A stretch of 64,000 nt of DNA from Saprospiraceae bacterium (GTDB taxonomy: Bacteria; Bacteroidota; Bacteroidia; Chitinophagales; Saprospiraceae): assembly GCA_965658745.1 (NCBI GenBank), contig CBFHTK010000004.1, forward strand, positions 55,960-119,959, given 5' to 3'. Within the stretch, counting starts at the first letter, position 1. Each line of letters starts with the position of its first letter. Below are positions 1 through 9,985 of the stretch, in pieces. A program made the position numbers and the translations under genes. The notes under the pieces are model-generated. The model was not told where the DNA came from. It did not search any database and saw only the letters and a program-made list of their open reading frames with translations.

Positions 1-41
1 AAATGCACGAAAGTAATTATGCATAAACATACATTTGCGGT

Positions 42-896
42 ATGCTAAAGTGGAATTCACGTAAGTTTTTTACCTTGTTCAGTGTTGTGCTTGTTCTCAC
101 ATTGTTTGGGATCTACGGTATTACTTTATTGCATACAAGTAATATGACTAAAATCTTAAAAGAGAATATCAACTTAATTGCGGAATTAGATGCGAACCTG
201 AATGTTGATCAAGTAGATAAAATTAAGCAGGCCATAGGTCAATTAGAACAAGTAAAGGCAGAGACAATCCGATTTATACCTAAGTCAGAGGCGCTTATTG
301 AGATGAATAGTGAACTTGGTTCATCTTCTATGCTATCTGAATCTGATAATCCTTTTAAGGATGTAATTGTATTTAATGTAACTGCTGAATTTGTAGATAC
401 TGAAGGATTACAGAATGTGCGGTCGAAAGTAGAGACAATTAACGGGATTTCAGAGTTAAGCTACTATGAAAAGATCTATGAATATGTAGGATCAAATGTT
501 AGAAAGGTAATCAATGTACTTCTGGTACTGGGCTTGATCCTCTCTTTCTTTGCATTTGCACTTATCTACAGTACGATACAGCTAAATTTGTATGCTGATC
601 GTTTCAAAATCAGGACTATGGAACTTGTCGGGGCAAATTGGGCTCAAATAAGAAAGCCTTTCATTGTAGATTCCCTTCGTTTAGCGCTTCAATCTACGAT
701 AGTTTCAGTCTTGATATTATCATTACTCTTGATTCTATTGGCAACACAATTTACTCATTTCAACAAGGTGTTCAATTTTGGCTATGTTACATTAGTAGTT
801 GTTTGTATGTTTATATTCTCTGTGTTTATCACTCAATTAGCGAGCTATATGGTTGTCAATAGATACTTGGGAGCTTCAAAATCCAAATTCTATTGA
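42..896 (+). CDS. ftsX: FtsX-like cell-division permease
   Basis: 284 aa. It has one N-terminal TM helix, an extracytoplasmic domain of about 130 aa, then three C-terminal TM helices, which is the FtsX layout. It heads an ftsX-DUF3098-uppP-truB arrangement I recognise from Bacteroidota. The call comes from architecture and recollection. Confidence 0.7.
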   Translation: MLKWNSRKFFTLFSVVLVLTLFGIYGITLLHTSNMTKILKENINLIAELDANLNVDQVDKIKQAIGQLEQVKAETIRFIPKSEALIEMNSELGSSSMLSESDNPFKDVIVFNVTAEFVDTEGLQNVRSKVETINGISELSYYEKIYEYVGSNVRKVINVLLVLGLILSFFAFALIYSTIQLNLYADRFKIRTMELVGANWAQIRKPFIVDSLRLALQSTIVSVLILSLLLILLATQFTHFNKVFNFGYVTLVVVCMFIFSVFITQLASYMVVNRYLGASKSKFY

Positions 897-932
897 GATC
901 AATGGGAAGTAGTCTATTCACTAGTTTTTTAA

Positions 933-940
933 TACATTTG
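933..940 (+). promoter_or_regulatory. Bacteroidota -7 box candidate (TACATTTG)
   Basis: Matches TAnnTTTG. It lies 20 nt upstream of the ATG at 960. Confidence 0.35.
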
Positions 941-959
941 TGAAAATTATATATGAACA

Positions 960-1265
960 ATGGCAAAATCAAAAAATAAACTTGACAAACAAGGAGCTTC
1001 TACTGAAGGTCCGGCAAAAAAGTTTAAAGCGCAGTCATCGGTATCGGGCAATTCAGGAGAATTGTTATACGGTAAGCCATTTTACACTTGGATGCTGATT
1101 GGTCTAGGATTTATCGTGCTGGGGTTTATATTAATGGCTGGCGGTAATCAAGCTCCTAATGAGTGGAATGCCGACGAGATATACAGCATTCGAAGAACAG
1201 TAATAGCTCCTATAGCTATTCTGATTGGCTTGGTGATCGAGATTTACGCGATATTTAAGAAATAG
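960..1265 (+). CDS. Small two-TM membrane protein (DUF3098-like)
   Basis: 101 aa with a basic N-terminus and two hydrophobic helices (WMLIGLGFIVLGFILMAGG and VIAPIAILIGLVIEIYAIF). Its position between ftsX and uppP is typical for DUF3098. A TACATTTG box lies 20 nt upstream. Confidence 0.55.
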   Translation: MAKSKNKLDKQGASTEGPAKKFKAQSSVSGNSGELLYGKPFYTWMLIGLGFIVLGFILMAGGNQAPNEWNADEIYSIRRTVIAPIAILIGLVIEIYAIFKK

Positions 1266-1268
1266 AAA

Positions 1269-2063
1269 ATGGATATTTTCGAAGCGGTGATCCTTGGAAT
1301 CATTCAAGGTCTTACTGAGTTCTTACCAGTCAGCAGCAGCGGACATCTTGAAATAGCAAAGTATATTCTCCAAGATGAAAGTATTCAATCAAAGTCTTTA
1401 TTGTTTACAGTTCTTCTTCATTTTGGTACCGCAATCAGTACCATTGTTGTTTTTTGGAAGGACATTCTAGAAATCGTGAAAGGATTGTTCTCACGAGATA
1501 GTGAGTCGGTATCATTTACTGGGAAAATAATTATATCGATGATTCCTGCAGCAATTGTGGGAGTACTATTTGATGACTTGATAGAATCATTCTTCAATAA
1601 TCAAATCATGTTGGTAGCGACAATGTTAATTGTGACTGGAGTGCTACTGTTTGTGGCGGACCGAGCAAAAGTTACCAACAAGCAAGTTTCTTGGATAGAT
1701 GCTTTAATCATTGGAGTGGCGCAGATGGTAGCTATCCTTCCCGGTATTTCGCGTTCTGGAGCTACAATATCAACTTCAGTTTTATTAGGAATTGATCGTT
1801 ACAAAGCTGCTCGCTTTTCATTCCTGATGGTAGTACCCTTGATCTTTGGTAAAATGGCAAAGGATGTATTAGGTGGTGATTTTCAAGTAGGAAGTGAAAT
1901 TGGTGTTGAACTTATAGCTGGTTTTATCGCGGCTTTAACTACTGGATATTTCGCATGCACCTGGATGATCAGTCTAGTCAAGAAAGCACAATTGAGATAT
2001 TTCGCTTACTACTGCTTTGTAGTTGCAGCATTTGTACTCGCATACCTAATTTTTATTAACTAG
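1269..2063 (+). CDS. uppP: Undecaprenyl-diphosphate phosphatase
   Basis: 264 aa polytopic membrane protein. It carries both BacA/UppP signature blocks: GLTEFLPVSSSGHL near the N-terminus and PGISRSGATIS in the middle. Confidence 0.9.
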   Translation: MDIFEAVILGIIQGLTEFLPVSSSGHLEIAKYILQDESIQSKSLLFTVLLHFGTAISTIVVFWKDILEIVKGLFSRDSESVSFTGKIIISMIPAAIVGVLFDDLIESFFNNQIMLVATMLIVTGVLLFVADRAKVTNKQVSWIDALIIGVAQMVAILPGISRSGATISTSVLLGIDRYKAARFSFLMVVPLIFGKMAKDVLGGDFQVGSEIGVELIAGFIAALTTGYFACTWMISLVKKAQLRYFAYYCFVVAAFVLAYLIFIN

Positions 2064-2110
2064 CGATTCAAGTCGTTACTATTGGCTTTAGCTAAATCGT
2101 TAAGTTATCT

Positions 2111-2118
2111 TACTTTTG
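2111..2118 (+). promoter_or_regulatory. Bacteroidota -7 box candidate (TACTTTTG)
   Basis: Matches TAnnTTTG in the 92 nt gap before truB, 38 nt upstream of its ATG. Confidence 0.4.
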
Positions 2119-2155
2119 CGTTTTTCTATTAATTCGCTAGATTCAACATATATAA

Positions 2156-2905
2156 ATGAATCATAAATTTTTCGTTAAGTCAGACGAGTATGAACCCTTG
2201 TTTAAGGAAGGAGTTGTAATACTTATTGATAAACCTTTTAATTGGACCTCATTTGCTGTGGTCAACAAGGTGCGATATAGACTTAGTAAGATTGAAGGTG
2301 TGAAGCGAATTAAAGTTGGTCATGCTGGCACTTTGGATCCACTGGCCACAGGTTTGTTGATTCTATGTACAGGGAAGTATACCAAGATGATTGATCAGTT
2401 TCAAGGTATGAAGAAGAGATATACTGGAACAATAACATTGGGCTCTACGACTCCAAGTTATGATTTGGAAACTGAGATTGATCATAATTTTCCAACCGAT
2501 CATCTGTCGGAAGAGATGATAAGGGGTCAAGCCCAAAAATTTGTTGGTGCAATTCAACAGAAACCACCTATATATTCAGCAATAAAATCAGGAGGAGAGC
2601 GCTTATATAAAAAGGCACGAAGAGGCGAATCTATCGAAATAAAGGCGAGGGAAGTAGTGGTTGATGATTTTGAAATCGTTAATATAGAGATGCCCGAAGT
2701 AGATTTTAAGCTAGATTGTTCGAAAGGTACTTATGTGCGTTCTCTCGCACATGATTTAGGTCAAGCTTTAGACACAGGAGCGCATCTGAGTCGGCTGAGA
2801 AGAGAGCGCATTGGTGAATATGATGTCTCAGATGCTTGGAATTTAGAGGAATTAATTGAAGTATTGGATGATTTGTTATTAAAAAAAGGCACCCATGTCA
2901 GTTGA
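2156..2905 (+). CDS. truB: tRNA pseudouridine(55) synthase
   Basis: 249 aa with the TruB catalytic block KVGHAGTLDPLATGLLILCTG (catalytic Asp) and YSAIKSGGERLYKKAR. Its 3' end overlaps the next gene by 11 nt. Confidence 0.9.
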   Translation: MNHKFFVKSDEYEPLFKEGVVILIDKPFNWTSFAVVNKVRYRLSKIEGVKRIKVGHAGTLDPLATGLLILCTGKYTKMIDQFQGMKKRYTGTITLGSTTPSYDLETEIDHNFPTDHLSEEMIRGQAQKFVGAIQQKPPIYSAIKSGGERLYKKARRGESIEIKAREVVVDDFEIVNIEMPEVDFKLDCSKGTYVRSLAHDLGQALDTGAHLSRLRRERIGEYDVSDAWNLEELIEVLDDLLLKKGTHVS

Positions 2906-3815
2906 ACTAAATGAATTAACAAAAAAATTTGGTGATCAAATAGCTGTAAATGGAATTAGTTTTACAGCTAAACCAGGTGAGATAGTTGGATTTTTGGGCC
3001 CAAATGGCGCAGGTAAGTCAACTACCATGAAAATGCTGACTTGCTACAGCGAGCCAACTTCTGGAAGTGCAAAAGTTTGCGGTTTTGATATCGAGACGCA
3101 GTCGAAAGATGTCAGAGCAGCAATAGGATATCTTCCCGAACATAATCCTTTGTATAAAGATATGTACGTGAAAGAGTTTCTGGGATTTGTTGCAGGAATT
3201 CATCAAGTATCGAAACCTTCGAAGCGGATAAATGAGCTTATCGAGATGACGGGACTTGGCTTGGAGCAGCATAAACTGATTGGTGCACTTTCTAAGGGAT
3301 ATCGCCAGCGAGTTGGTTTGGCCCAAGCGATGATGCATGATCCAGAGGTTTTGATTTTGGATGAACCTACTTCAGGTCTTGACCCCAATCAATTGAATGA
3401 TATAAGACAATTGATCCAGACACTCGGTGAAAAGAAAACAGTAATTTTTTCTACGCATATTATGCAAGAAGTGACAGCCCTTTGTGATCGTGTTTTAATC
3501 ATTAATCGTGGAAATCTTGTTGCAGACGACCCAATCGAAGTATTGCAACAACGAGTTATTTCAGATCATCAGATTTATATAACCCTTGAAAAGAAAGTCA
3601 ATGAATCAGCTTTTGCTGAAATCAAAGACATCCGTAAGATCAAGAAATTGTCTGAGGTGTCGGGCTACAGATACGAGATTATGGCAGCAGCTGACATCCG
3701 AAAAGACCTTTTTGAATGGGCAGTACGCAATAATCTGGTTATTCTGGAACTTACTAAGTCACAGGTAAGTGTTGAAAATGTATTCCGTCAATTAACACAA
3801 GAAAAAAATGTTTAG
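2895..3815 (+). CDS. gldA: Gliding-motility ABC transporter ATP-binding subunit GldA
   Basis: 306 aa. Walker A is GPNGAGKST, the ABC signature is LSKGYRQR and Walker B is LILDEPTSGLD. The GldA assignment follows from the directly overlapping gldF- and gldG-like genes. Confidence 0.75.
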   Translation: MSVELNELTKKFGDQIAVNGISFTAKPGEIVGFLGPNGAGKSTTMKMLTCYSEPTSGSAKVCGFDIETQSKDVRAAIGYLPEHNPLYKDMYVKEFLGFVAGIHQVSKPSKRINELIEMTGLGLEQHKLIGALSKGYRQRVGLAQAMMHDPEVLILDEPTSGLDPNQLNDIRQLIQTLGEKKTVIFSTHIMQEVTALCDRVLIINRGNLVADDPIEVLQQRVISDHQIYITLEKKVNESAFAEIKDIRKIKKLSEVSGYRYEIMAAADIRKDLFEWAVRNNLVILELTKSQVSVENVFRQLTQEKNV

Positions 3816-4539
3816 TATTTATAGAAAAGAGCTGACAGCTTACTTTAGTTCGTTGATCGCGTACATCACACTAGGAGTTTTTCTGCTGGTGTTGGGTTTG
3901 TTTGTGTGGGTTTTCAATGATACAAGTATTCTTGCATACAATTACGCTGGGTTAAATCAACTTTTTACAATCACACCACTGGTGTTCACTTTTCTAATTC
4001 CTGCAATTACGATGCGTTCTTTTGCTGAAGAGAAGCAGAATGGAACAATCGAACTACTGGCGACGAAGCCGCTATCAGATTTTCAGATAATTATGGCGAA
4101 GTATCTTGCAGCAGCTTCGTTGATTTTGATAGCACTTGTACCGACACTTATTTATGTCTATTCTGTTTATCAACTCGGCTCACCCAAGGGAAATCTTGAT
4201 ATTGGAGCAACCATTGGTTCATATGTTGCACTGATCTGCTTAGTAGGGGCTTTTGTTGCAATTGGTATTTTTTCATCAACAGTGACAAATAATCAAATTG
4301 TAGCTTTTGTACTAGGAACATTTTTATGTTTTTTCGTTTATTGGGCTTTTTACTACATATCACGGACTCCAATTTTCGTTGGAAGATTAGACGACATAAT
4401 CGAGAAATTAGGAATATCATATCATTTTGAGTCTCTTTCCCGTGGTGTTGTAGATTCTAGGAACCTACTTTATTTTGCAAGTATCATTGTATTCTTTTTG
4501 GCAGCGACAGGTACTGTCCTTAAAATTTCGAAGAGATGA
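3808..4539 (+). CDS. gldF: Gliding-motility ABC transporter permease GldF (ABC-2 type)
   Basis: 243 aa with six predicted TM helices, matching the size and topology of GldF. It overlaps gldA by 8 nt (ATGTTTAG) and gldG by 4 nt (ATGA). Confidence 0.7.
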   Translation: MFSIYRKELTAYFSSLIAYITLGVFLLVLGLFVWVFNDTSILAYNYAGLNQLFTITPLVFTFLIPAITMRSFAEEKQNGTIELLATKPLSDFQIIMAKYLAAASLILIALVPTLIYVYSVYQLGSPKGNLDIGATIGSYVALICLVGAFVAIGIFSSTVTNNQIVAFVLGTFLCFFVYWAFYYISRTPIFVGRLDDIIEKLGISYHFESLSRGVVDSRNLLYFASIIVFFLAATGTVLKISKR

Positions 4540-6245
4540 TGAAAACAACTAGTTCTTTAGCAAATTTGTTGATTCTTCTTGGAATTCTTGTAGTATTGAA
4601 TTTGATAGGAAGTCGATTCTATACTTATCTTGATTTGACCGAAGATAAAAGATATACACTTACGGATTCCACCAAGAAATTGCTAAATAAAACAGATGAT
4701 AACTATTATGTAACTGTTTATTTGGATGGAACTTTTCCTGCAAGTATTAAGAGATTTAGAGATCGGGTGGAAGAGACCTTGAAGCAATTTCAAGGTGAGA
4801 GCGCCTATATTAATTATGAGTTTATAGATCCTATTGATGGAACTCCCGAGGAGGTCAAGTTAATGGAGAAAAATCTTGTGGATCAAAGATTGTATCCTAC
4901 TACGATCAACTACTTTGATGGTGAGGAAAACATCATGAAGCCCATCTTTCCTTATGCAGTTTTTAAGTACTTCAATAAAGAGGTCCAAGTAAATTTGCTA
5001 GATGTTGAGGGTGTCACTAACTATGATGATCAAACCTTGAACGCTGCTGAAGGAGTTTTAGAATACAAATTTGCCAACGCGATATCTAAATTGCAACTAC
5101 AGAATAAACCCATCATAGCTTATACGACAGGAAATGGAGAATACGAGATTAATCAAATTGCATCTCTAAATAGACATTTAAGGAAATACTACCGTCCTGT
5201 GCAGATAGATCTTGACACGATGTACAATCTTACTAATGCAGTAGATTTAGTGATTGTCGCTGCTCCCAAAACTGCATTTAGTGCGAGGAATCAGTTTATG
5301 CTAGACCAATATATTATGAGCGGCGGACGTGTGCTTTGGTTAATTGAAGAAATGGACATTAGGCTCGATAGCATAGCATTTGGATCTGGATATATACCAC
5401 CATTGATTGACCACGGCCTAGATAATTTATTCTTTAAATATGGCTTTAAAATACTTGACAATAGTATTTTGGACCTCGAGTCCTCTTCAATTCCTCAAGT
5501 GGTGGGTAATGCTGGAGGTACTCCACAGATGGATATGTTTAAATATTACTATCATCCATTGATTTCTTCAACATCAAGTCACCCAATTGTAAAGAATATC
5601 GATCGAATCAATATGTTCTTTCCTTCAACGATTGATACTGTTGTAACAAAGCCAGGCATCAAAAAGACGTTTTTACTGAAATCGAGTCAGTACAGCCGTT
5701 ATCAGTTAGCTCCGTTAAGTCTTGATTTTCGAATGCTGGGTATCAAGCCTCAAGTAAGTAAATTCAATCGTGGAAATCAGCCGGTTGCATTATTACTGGA
5801 AGGTGAATTTGAGTCCGCATTTAAGAATCGATTGACTCAGGAGCAGAATGAAGCTTTGGCAAGAGTTGGTCGTAAATTTCTGGACGAAAGTCCATCTACT
5901 TCTATGATTGTAATAAGTGATGCAGAATTCACAAAAAACCTCTATAATCCTGATAATAATAATATAACCCCAATTGGATTTAATAAGTGGGAAAGGAAGA
6001 TCTACGCAGGTAATAAGGACTTGATATTGAACTCAGTAGAGTATCTTTTGGACAAGGACGGAATATTGGCTTCAAGGGCAAAGGAATTTCAGATGAGACT
6101 TCTTGATGAGCAAGAAGTTACCAATCGAAAAATGTACTGGCAAAGTCTAAACATTGCTTTTCCGATTATTAGTTTAGTCGTATTTGGTTTGATCTTCTAT
6201 TTTGCAAGAAAATATCGTTTTAGTAAGAAGCGCGTAGCGCAATAA
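4536..6245 (+). CDS. gldG: Gliding-associated ABC transporter auxiliary component GldG
   Basis: 569 aa. It has an N-terminal TM helix (LANLLILLGILVVLNLIG), a large soluble domain and a C-terminal TM helix (IAFPIISLVVFGLIFYFA). This is the GldG topology and size. Confidence 0.7.
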   Translation: MMKTTSSLANLLILLGILVVLNLIGSRFYTYLDLTEDKRYTLTDSTKKLLNKTDDNYYVTVYLDGTFPASIKRFRDRVEETLKQFQGESAYINYEFIDPIDGTPEEVKLMEKNLVDQRLYPTTINYFDGEENIMKPIFPYAVFKYFNKEVQVNLLDVEGVTNYDDQTLNAAEGVLEYKFANAISKLQLQNKPIIAYTTGNGEYEINQIASLNRHLRKYYRPVQIDLDTMYNLTNAVDLVIVAAPKTAFSARNQFMLDQYIMSGGRVLWLIEEMDIRLDSIAFGSGYIPPLIDHGLDNLFFKYGFKILDNSILDLESSSIPQVVGNAGGTPQMDMFKYYYHPLISSTSSHPIVKNIDRINMFFPSTIDTVVTKPGIKKTFLLKSSQYSRYQLAPLSLDFRMLGIKPQVSKFNRGNQPVALLLEGEFESAFKNRLTQEQNEALARVGRKFLDESPSTSMIVISDAEFTKNLYNPDNNNITPIGFNKWERKIYAGNKDLILNSVEYLLDKDGILASRAKEFQMRLLDEQEVTNRKMYWQSLNIAFPIISLVVFGLIFYFARKYRFSKKRVAQ

Positions 6246-6255
6246 AATATAAGAA

Positions 6256-7266
6256 GTGAAAAGGACGCTGATCATGTTGGCTTTATTGGTAATTCTCGCG
6301 GGAGGTTACTATTTCTATACAACGCAAGAGGATGAGAAAATTGAGGCAATCAAAGCAGAAAGAGACTTTGCCGTTGACAAGGACTTGATAAAAAAAGTTG
6401 TTTTTACAACAAAAGATGGTAAGACTCAAACTGTCACAGAAAAGGGTGGAATCTGGTACATCGATGGAAAGCGAATGTCAAAGAATCAAAGTTTTCTCTT
6501 TGTAGAAGCACTATCGAGTATCCGTATGGAGAGTATCCCTCCAAAAGGAGCTTATAATCAGATCATGAAAACCATTGGTCGCATAGGTATATTGGTTCGC
6601 GTTTATGGAGAAAGTGATGAGTTGCTTAAGTCTTACTATGTAGGTGGCGTACCACCAGACGAGAGAGGAACATATTATCTGATGGATGGGGCAAAGCAAC
6701 CGTATTTACTTAATATTCCTGGTATGGAGGGAAGTACGAGAGGGCGATTTATTAAGAAGCCTGATGATTGGTTGGATCGAGCAATGTTTCGTTATCCAAA
6801 CAAAGATATTCAGGAAATAACAGTCGAGTACCCGAGATCGAAGAATGACTCTTATAAGCTTCAGAAGAAAGGTAATTCATATGATGTGACTCCATTTTAT
6901 AAATTTACACCCAAGAAGAAAGCAAGTGTAAATGAACGCCTTGTTGGGGACTATCTCGAAAACTTTCATATAGGATTCTTTACGGAGGCATATGTTAATG
7001 ATCATCCACTTAGAGATTCAATAGTGACACATATGGAGCCATTTAGTAAAATTAGGATCACCAACGAAACCGGAGATGTCAAAAGTCTGGATTTATACCC
7101 ACTTAATGAGGTCTTTAATATGCAAGGTCAAGCTATAGGGCCCAACGTAGACAAGTATATTGAGCGCTACTATGTTAATGTTGACGGTGGAGAACGATTT
7201 ATGCTTACTCAACATATCCTTGCCAAGAAGTTTTTATGGGGATATGATTTCTTTTTCAGGTCTTAA
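6256..7266 (+). CDS. DUF4340-like protein (GldG-associated)
   Basis: 336 aa with a GTG start and an N-terminal anchor (LIMLALLVILAGGYYFY). It lies immediately downstream of a GldG-type gene, as DUF4340 proteins usually do. The family call is a recollection. Confidence 0.45.
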   Translation: MKRTLIMLALLVILAGGYYFYTTQEDEKIEAIKAERDFAVDKDLIKKVVFTTKDGKTQTVTEKGGIWYIDGKRMSKNQSFLFVEALSSIRMESIPPKGAYNQIMKTIGRIGILVRVYGESDELLKSYYVGGVPPDERGTYYLMDGAKQPYLLNIPGMEGSTRGRFIKKPDDWLDRAMFRYPNKDIQEITVEYPRSKNDSYKLQKKGNSYDVTPFYKFTPKKKASVNERLVGDYLENFHIGFFTEAYVNDHPLRDSIVTHMEPFSKIRITNETGDVKSLDLYPLNEVFNMQGQAIGPNVDKYIERYYVNVDGGERFMLTQHILAKKFLWGYDFFFRS

Positions 7267-7300
7267 AAGGAAGACTAAAGATTAATCTTATCTTTAGATT

Positions 7301-8449
7301 ATGAGAATAAAGGGAGTATTGCTGTATATACTATTGGCGTCTATTGCCTTGTTATCAATGAAACCGGTCTGGGGTTTTTTTGGGCATCGACTAATTAATG
7401 AGTATGCTTGCTATACCTTACCTCAAGAATTATTTTCATTCTATAAACCTCATATAGAATATGTCCGCGAACACGCTGTAGATCCCGATAAACGCAGGTA
7501 TGCTTCCAAAAAGGAAGCTGGCAGACACTATATCGATATTGACTATTGGGGAGTTGCACCGTTCGATATATTACCTCGTGATTGGGATGAGGCTTTTTCT
7601 AAAATGCTGGACATGAAGTATGTCAATGAGGGTCTTGATACCATTGCCTTGAAAGCCACGCGAGAAATAGCTCCTGCTTCTTTGGATAGTTTATTCAATA
7701 GCCGGTTAAAACGCGACTATTTTTCAGATGAATGGGAAATTACATGTGACGATGTGAGAATTATGTTTCCTGAGGTAACAGACTGTGTTTCTGTGATTGT
7801 AGTCGATTCGTTAACTGAGTATGGAATTTTACCGTACAGTCTCGTTTACACTTATGATCAACTTGTCCGAGCTTTTGACTCTAAAAATATCAATAGAATT
7901 CTTAGGCATACAGCTGATCTAGGACACTATGTGGGAGATGCTCATGTGCCATTGCATACAACTATCAATTACAACGGTCAACTGACAAACCAGGATGGAA
8001 TTCACGCATTTTGGGAGAGTAGATTACCAGAGCTATTTGCATTGGATAACTATGATTTTTTGGTCGGTCAAGCAGAGTACATTCCCGATATGAAAGGATA
8101 TTTTTGGGAGATTGTACTTGAAACGCACACTTATTTGGATAAGGTTCTCGATCTAGAGAAATCACTAAGAGAGACTTTCCCAAAAGATCAGCAGAATTGT
8201 TTTGAGCAGAGATTAGAACGTACTGTCCGGATAGAATGTGAAGCTTTTGCTGAGGCGTATCATGATGCTCTTGACGGAATGGTGGAAGACCAAATGGTGA
8301 AATCAATATCGGCTTTGGGGAATATTTGGTACTCTGCATGGGTTGATGCTGGGCAACCTATTTTATCAAATATCAATTTTGGAAGTATCGAAGTCATGGT
8401 TGATAGTATAGAATACCAATTCAACGGTCTTGAAACACATCATGAGTAG
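7301..8449 (+). CDS. Zinc-dependent phospholipase C / S1-P1 nuclease superfamily protein
   Basis: 382 aa. After the signal peptide comes WGFFGHRLI, then HAVDPDKRRY, RHYIDIDYWG and GDAHVPLHTT. These are His/Asp-rich metal-site blocks typical of this superfamily. Confidence 0.5.
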   Translation: MRIKGVLLYILLASIALLSMKPVWGFFGHRLINEYACYTLPQELFSFYKPHIEYVREHAVDPDKRRYASKKEAGRHYIDIDYWGVAPFDILPRDWDEAFSKMLDMKYVNEGLDTIALKATREIAPASLDSLFNSRLKRDYFSDEWEITCDDVRIMFPEVTDCVSVIVVDSLTEYGILPYSLVYTYDQLVRAFDSKNINRILRHTADLGHYVGDAHVPLHTTINYNGQLTNQDGIHAFWESRLPELFALDNYDFLVGQAEYIPDMKGYFWEIVLETHTYLDKVLDLEKSLRETFPKDQQNCFEQRLERTVRIECEAFAEAYHDALDGMVEDQMVKSISALGNIWYSAWVDAGQPILSNINFGSIEVMVDSIEYQFNGLETHHE

Positions 8450-8525
8450 TTGAGATTCAAGTAATTCAGATACAATACTTATAATCAGGCTCAATACATA
8501 TCTCAATAATGTGTAATTTCGCGCC

Positions 8526-9509
8526 ATGAACGAAAAATCATCTTTTTCTATTGGCCTTTTATTAAAAGGTGCTGCTATGGGCATAGCAGAAGTCATTCCA
8601 GGTGTTTCAGGAGGAACAATTGCATTCATCACAGGTATTTATGAGAGGTTAATTAACTGTATCAAGTCTTTTGATGCGAAAGCTGTGAAGCTATTGTTGT
8701 CATTTAAGCTAAGAGAGTTGTTTCTTCATGTAGATGGTATGTTTCTTCTTATTTTATTCGCAGGAATGGTATGTGGCATTGGAGTCGGAGTTTTTGGAGT
8801 AGGTTATCTTCTTGAGTTTTTTCCTGCTCCTCTTTGGGCATTCTTTTTTGGATTGATCGTAGCATCGGCAATTTATATAGGTCGACAGATTACGAAATGG
8901 ACTGCGGTCCAAATGGTCTCGATGTTGATAGGTTTTGCAATTGCCTTGGGTGTAACATATTTTTCACCTGCAGAAGGAAGTGAGAGTTTACTATGGGTTT
9001 TTACCTGTGGAGTAATCGCAATCTCTGCATTGATTCTACCTGGAGTCAGTGGCAGTTTTATTCTTTTGATGCTTGGTATGTATACTGTTGTAAGGGGAGC
9101 AGCAGAAGATGCTATGCGAAATCAAGAGCTTTCAAGCTTGTTGATTCTTGTTGCCTTTGTGCTTGGTTGTGGTGTAGGTTTGTTGAGCTTTGCTCGGGTT
9201 ATGTCATATGCATTTAAACACTATAAAAATGCTACTCTAGCGCTTCTTACTGGTTTTATGATAGGATCTTTAAGGAAGATTTGGCCTTGGAGGAATATTG
9301 ATACTGTTTTGGATAAAGAAACAGGCGAGGTGACGCGCTATCAAGAGATGATGTACGAATCCATGGATAATCTGCAGGTTCTGCGAGAATTAAATGTACT
9401 TCCGCAAGATTATCAAGGAAATGCGCAATCTGTACTAGTAGTAATTGCTGCGGTAGTCGGCTTTGGCGTTATCTTTCTTTTTCAATATATAGCAAAAGAA
9501 TCGAAATAG
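8526..9509 (+). CDS. DUF368 family membrane protein
   Basis: 327 aa polytopic membrane protein. It has the duplicated DUF368 motif: IPGVSGGTIAFITGIY near the N-terminus and LPGVSGSFILLMLGMY in the middle. Confidence 0.7.
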   Translation: MNEKSSFSIGLLLKGAAMGIAEVIPGVSGGTIAFITGIYERLINCIKSFDAKAVKLLLSFKLRELFLHVDGMFLLILFAGMVCGIGVGVFGVGYLLEFFPAPLWAFFFGLIVASAIYIGRQITKWTAVQMVSMLIGFAIALGVTYFSPAEGSESLLWVFTCGVIAISALILPGVSGSFILLMLGMYTVVRGAAEDAMRNQELSSLLILVAFVLGCGVGLLSFARVMSYAFKHYKNATLALLTGFMIGSLRKIWPWRNIDTVLDKETGEVTRYQEMMYESMDNLQVLRELNVLPQDYQGNAQSVLVVIAAVVGFGVIFLFQYIAKESK

Positions 9510-9928
9510 CTGTCATTCTCAAGAGAGATGAGATTTCTGATATAGGGAGAGTCTCTGTTGCACTGAATTATCTAGATACAGCCTATTTCTTCAAATTAAA
9601 TCTAAGGTTACAAGTTTAAGAAAAGTGCTTGATCTCTATCGAGATGTCATGCTACGCATAGTATAAAGCTCTGATTTAGATTGTTTTATAATGATATATT
9701 ATGTGATTTTACTTAGGCTTGGTCCGTTTCAGATCAGTTTGTATGAACTCGAAAAAAGCTAGTCTGTATAGCCATTGGATTTCTATAAATGCTTATGCTT
9801 CGCTTACTATATATTGCTGATAATCAGATGAATGTGATTAAATTTTAAGTTCTCAATACCATTGATTTGCACACTTATCTGCCTTACTTTTTGGGGCCCG
9901 CAGTCCCATTATTACTAAGTTGTTCCGC

Positions 9929-9963
9929 AAAAAAAAAGCCATCTGAATTCAATCAGATGGCTT
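9929..9963 (-). terminator. Rho-independent terminator of the GEVED/T9SS gene
   Basis: The stem is GCCATCTGA (9938-9946) paired with TCAGATGGC (9953-9961), with a 6 nt loop. The plus-strand A9 run at 9929-9937 becomes a T9 tail on the minus strand. It lies 25 nt past the stop at 9986. Confidence 0.8.
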
Positions 9964-9985
9964 CATATATATTTTTTATAGTGTA

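Noticed and set aside
8366-8632. 88-aa minus-strand ORF bridging the gap between the PLC/S1-P1-like gene and the DUF368 gene
   Set aside because: It is antisense to the ends of two supported genes and has no independent support.
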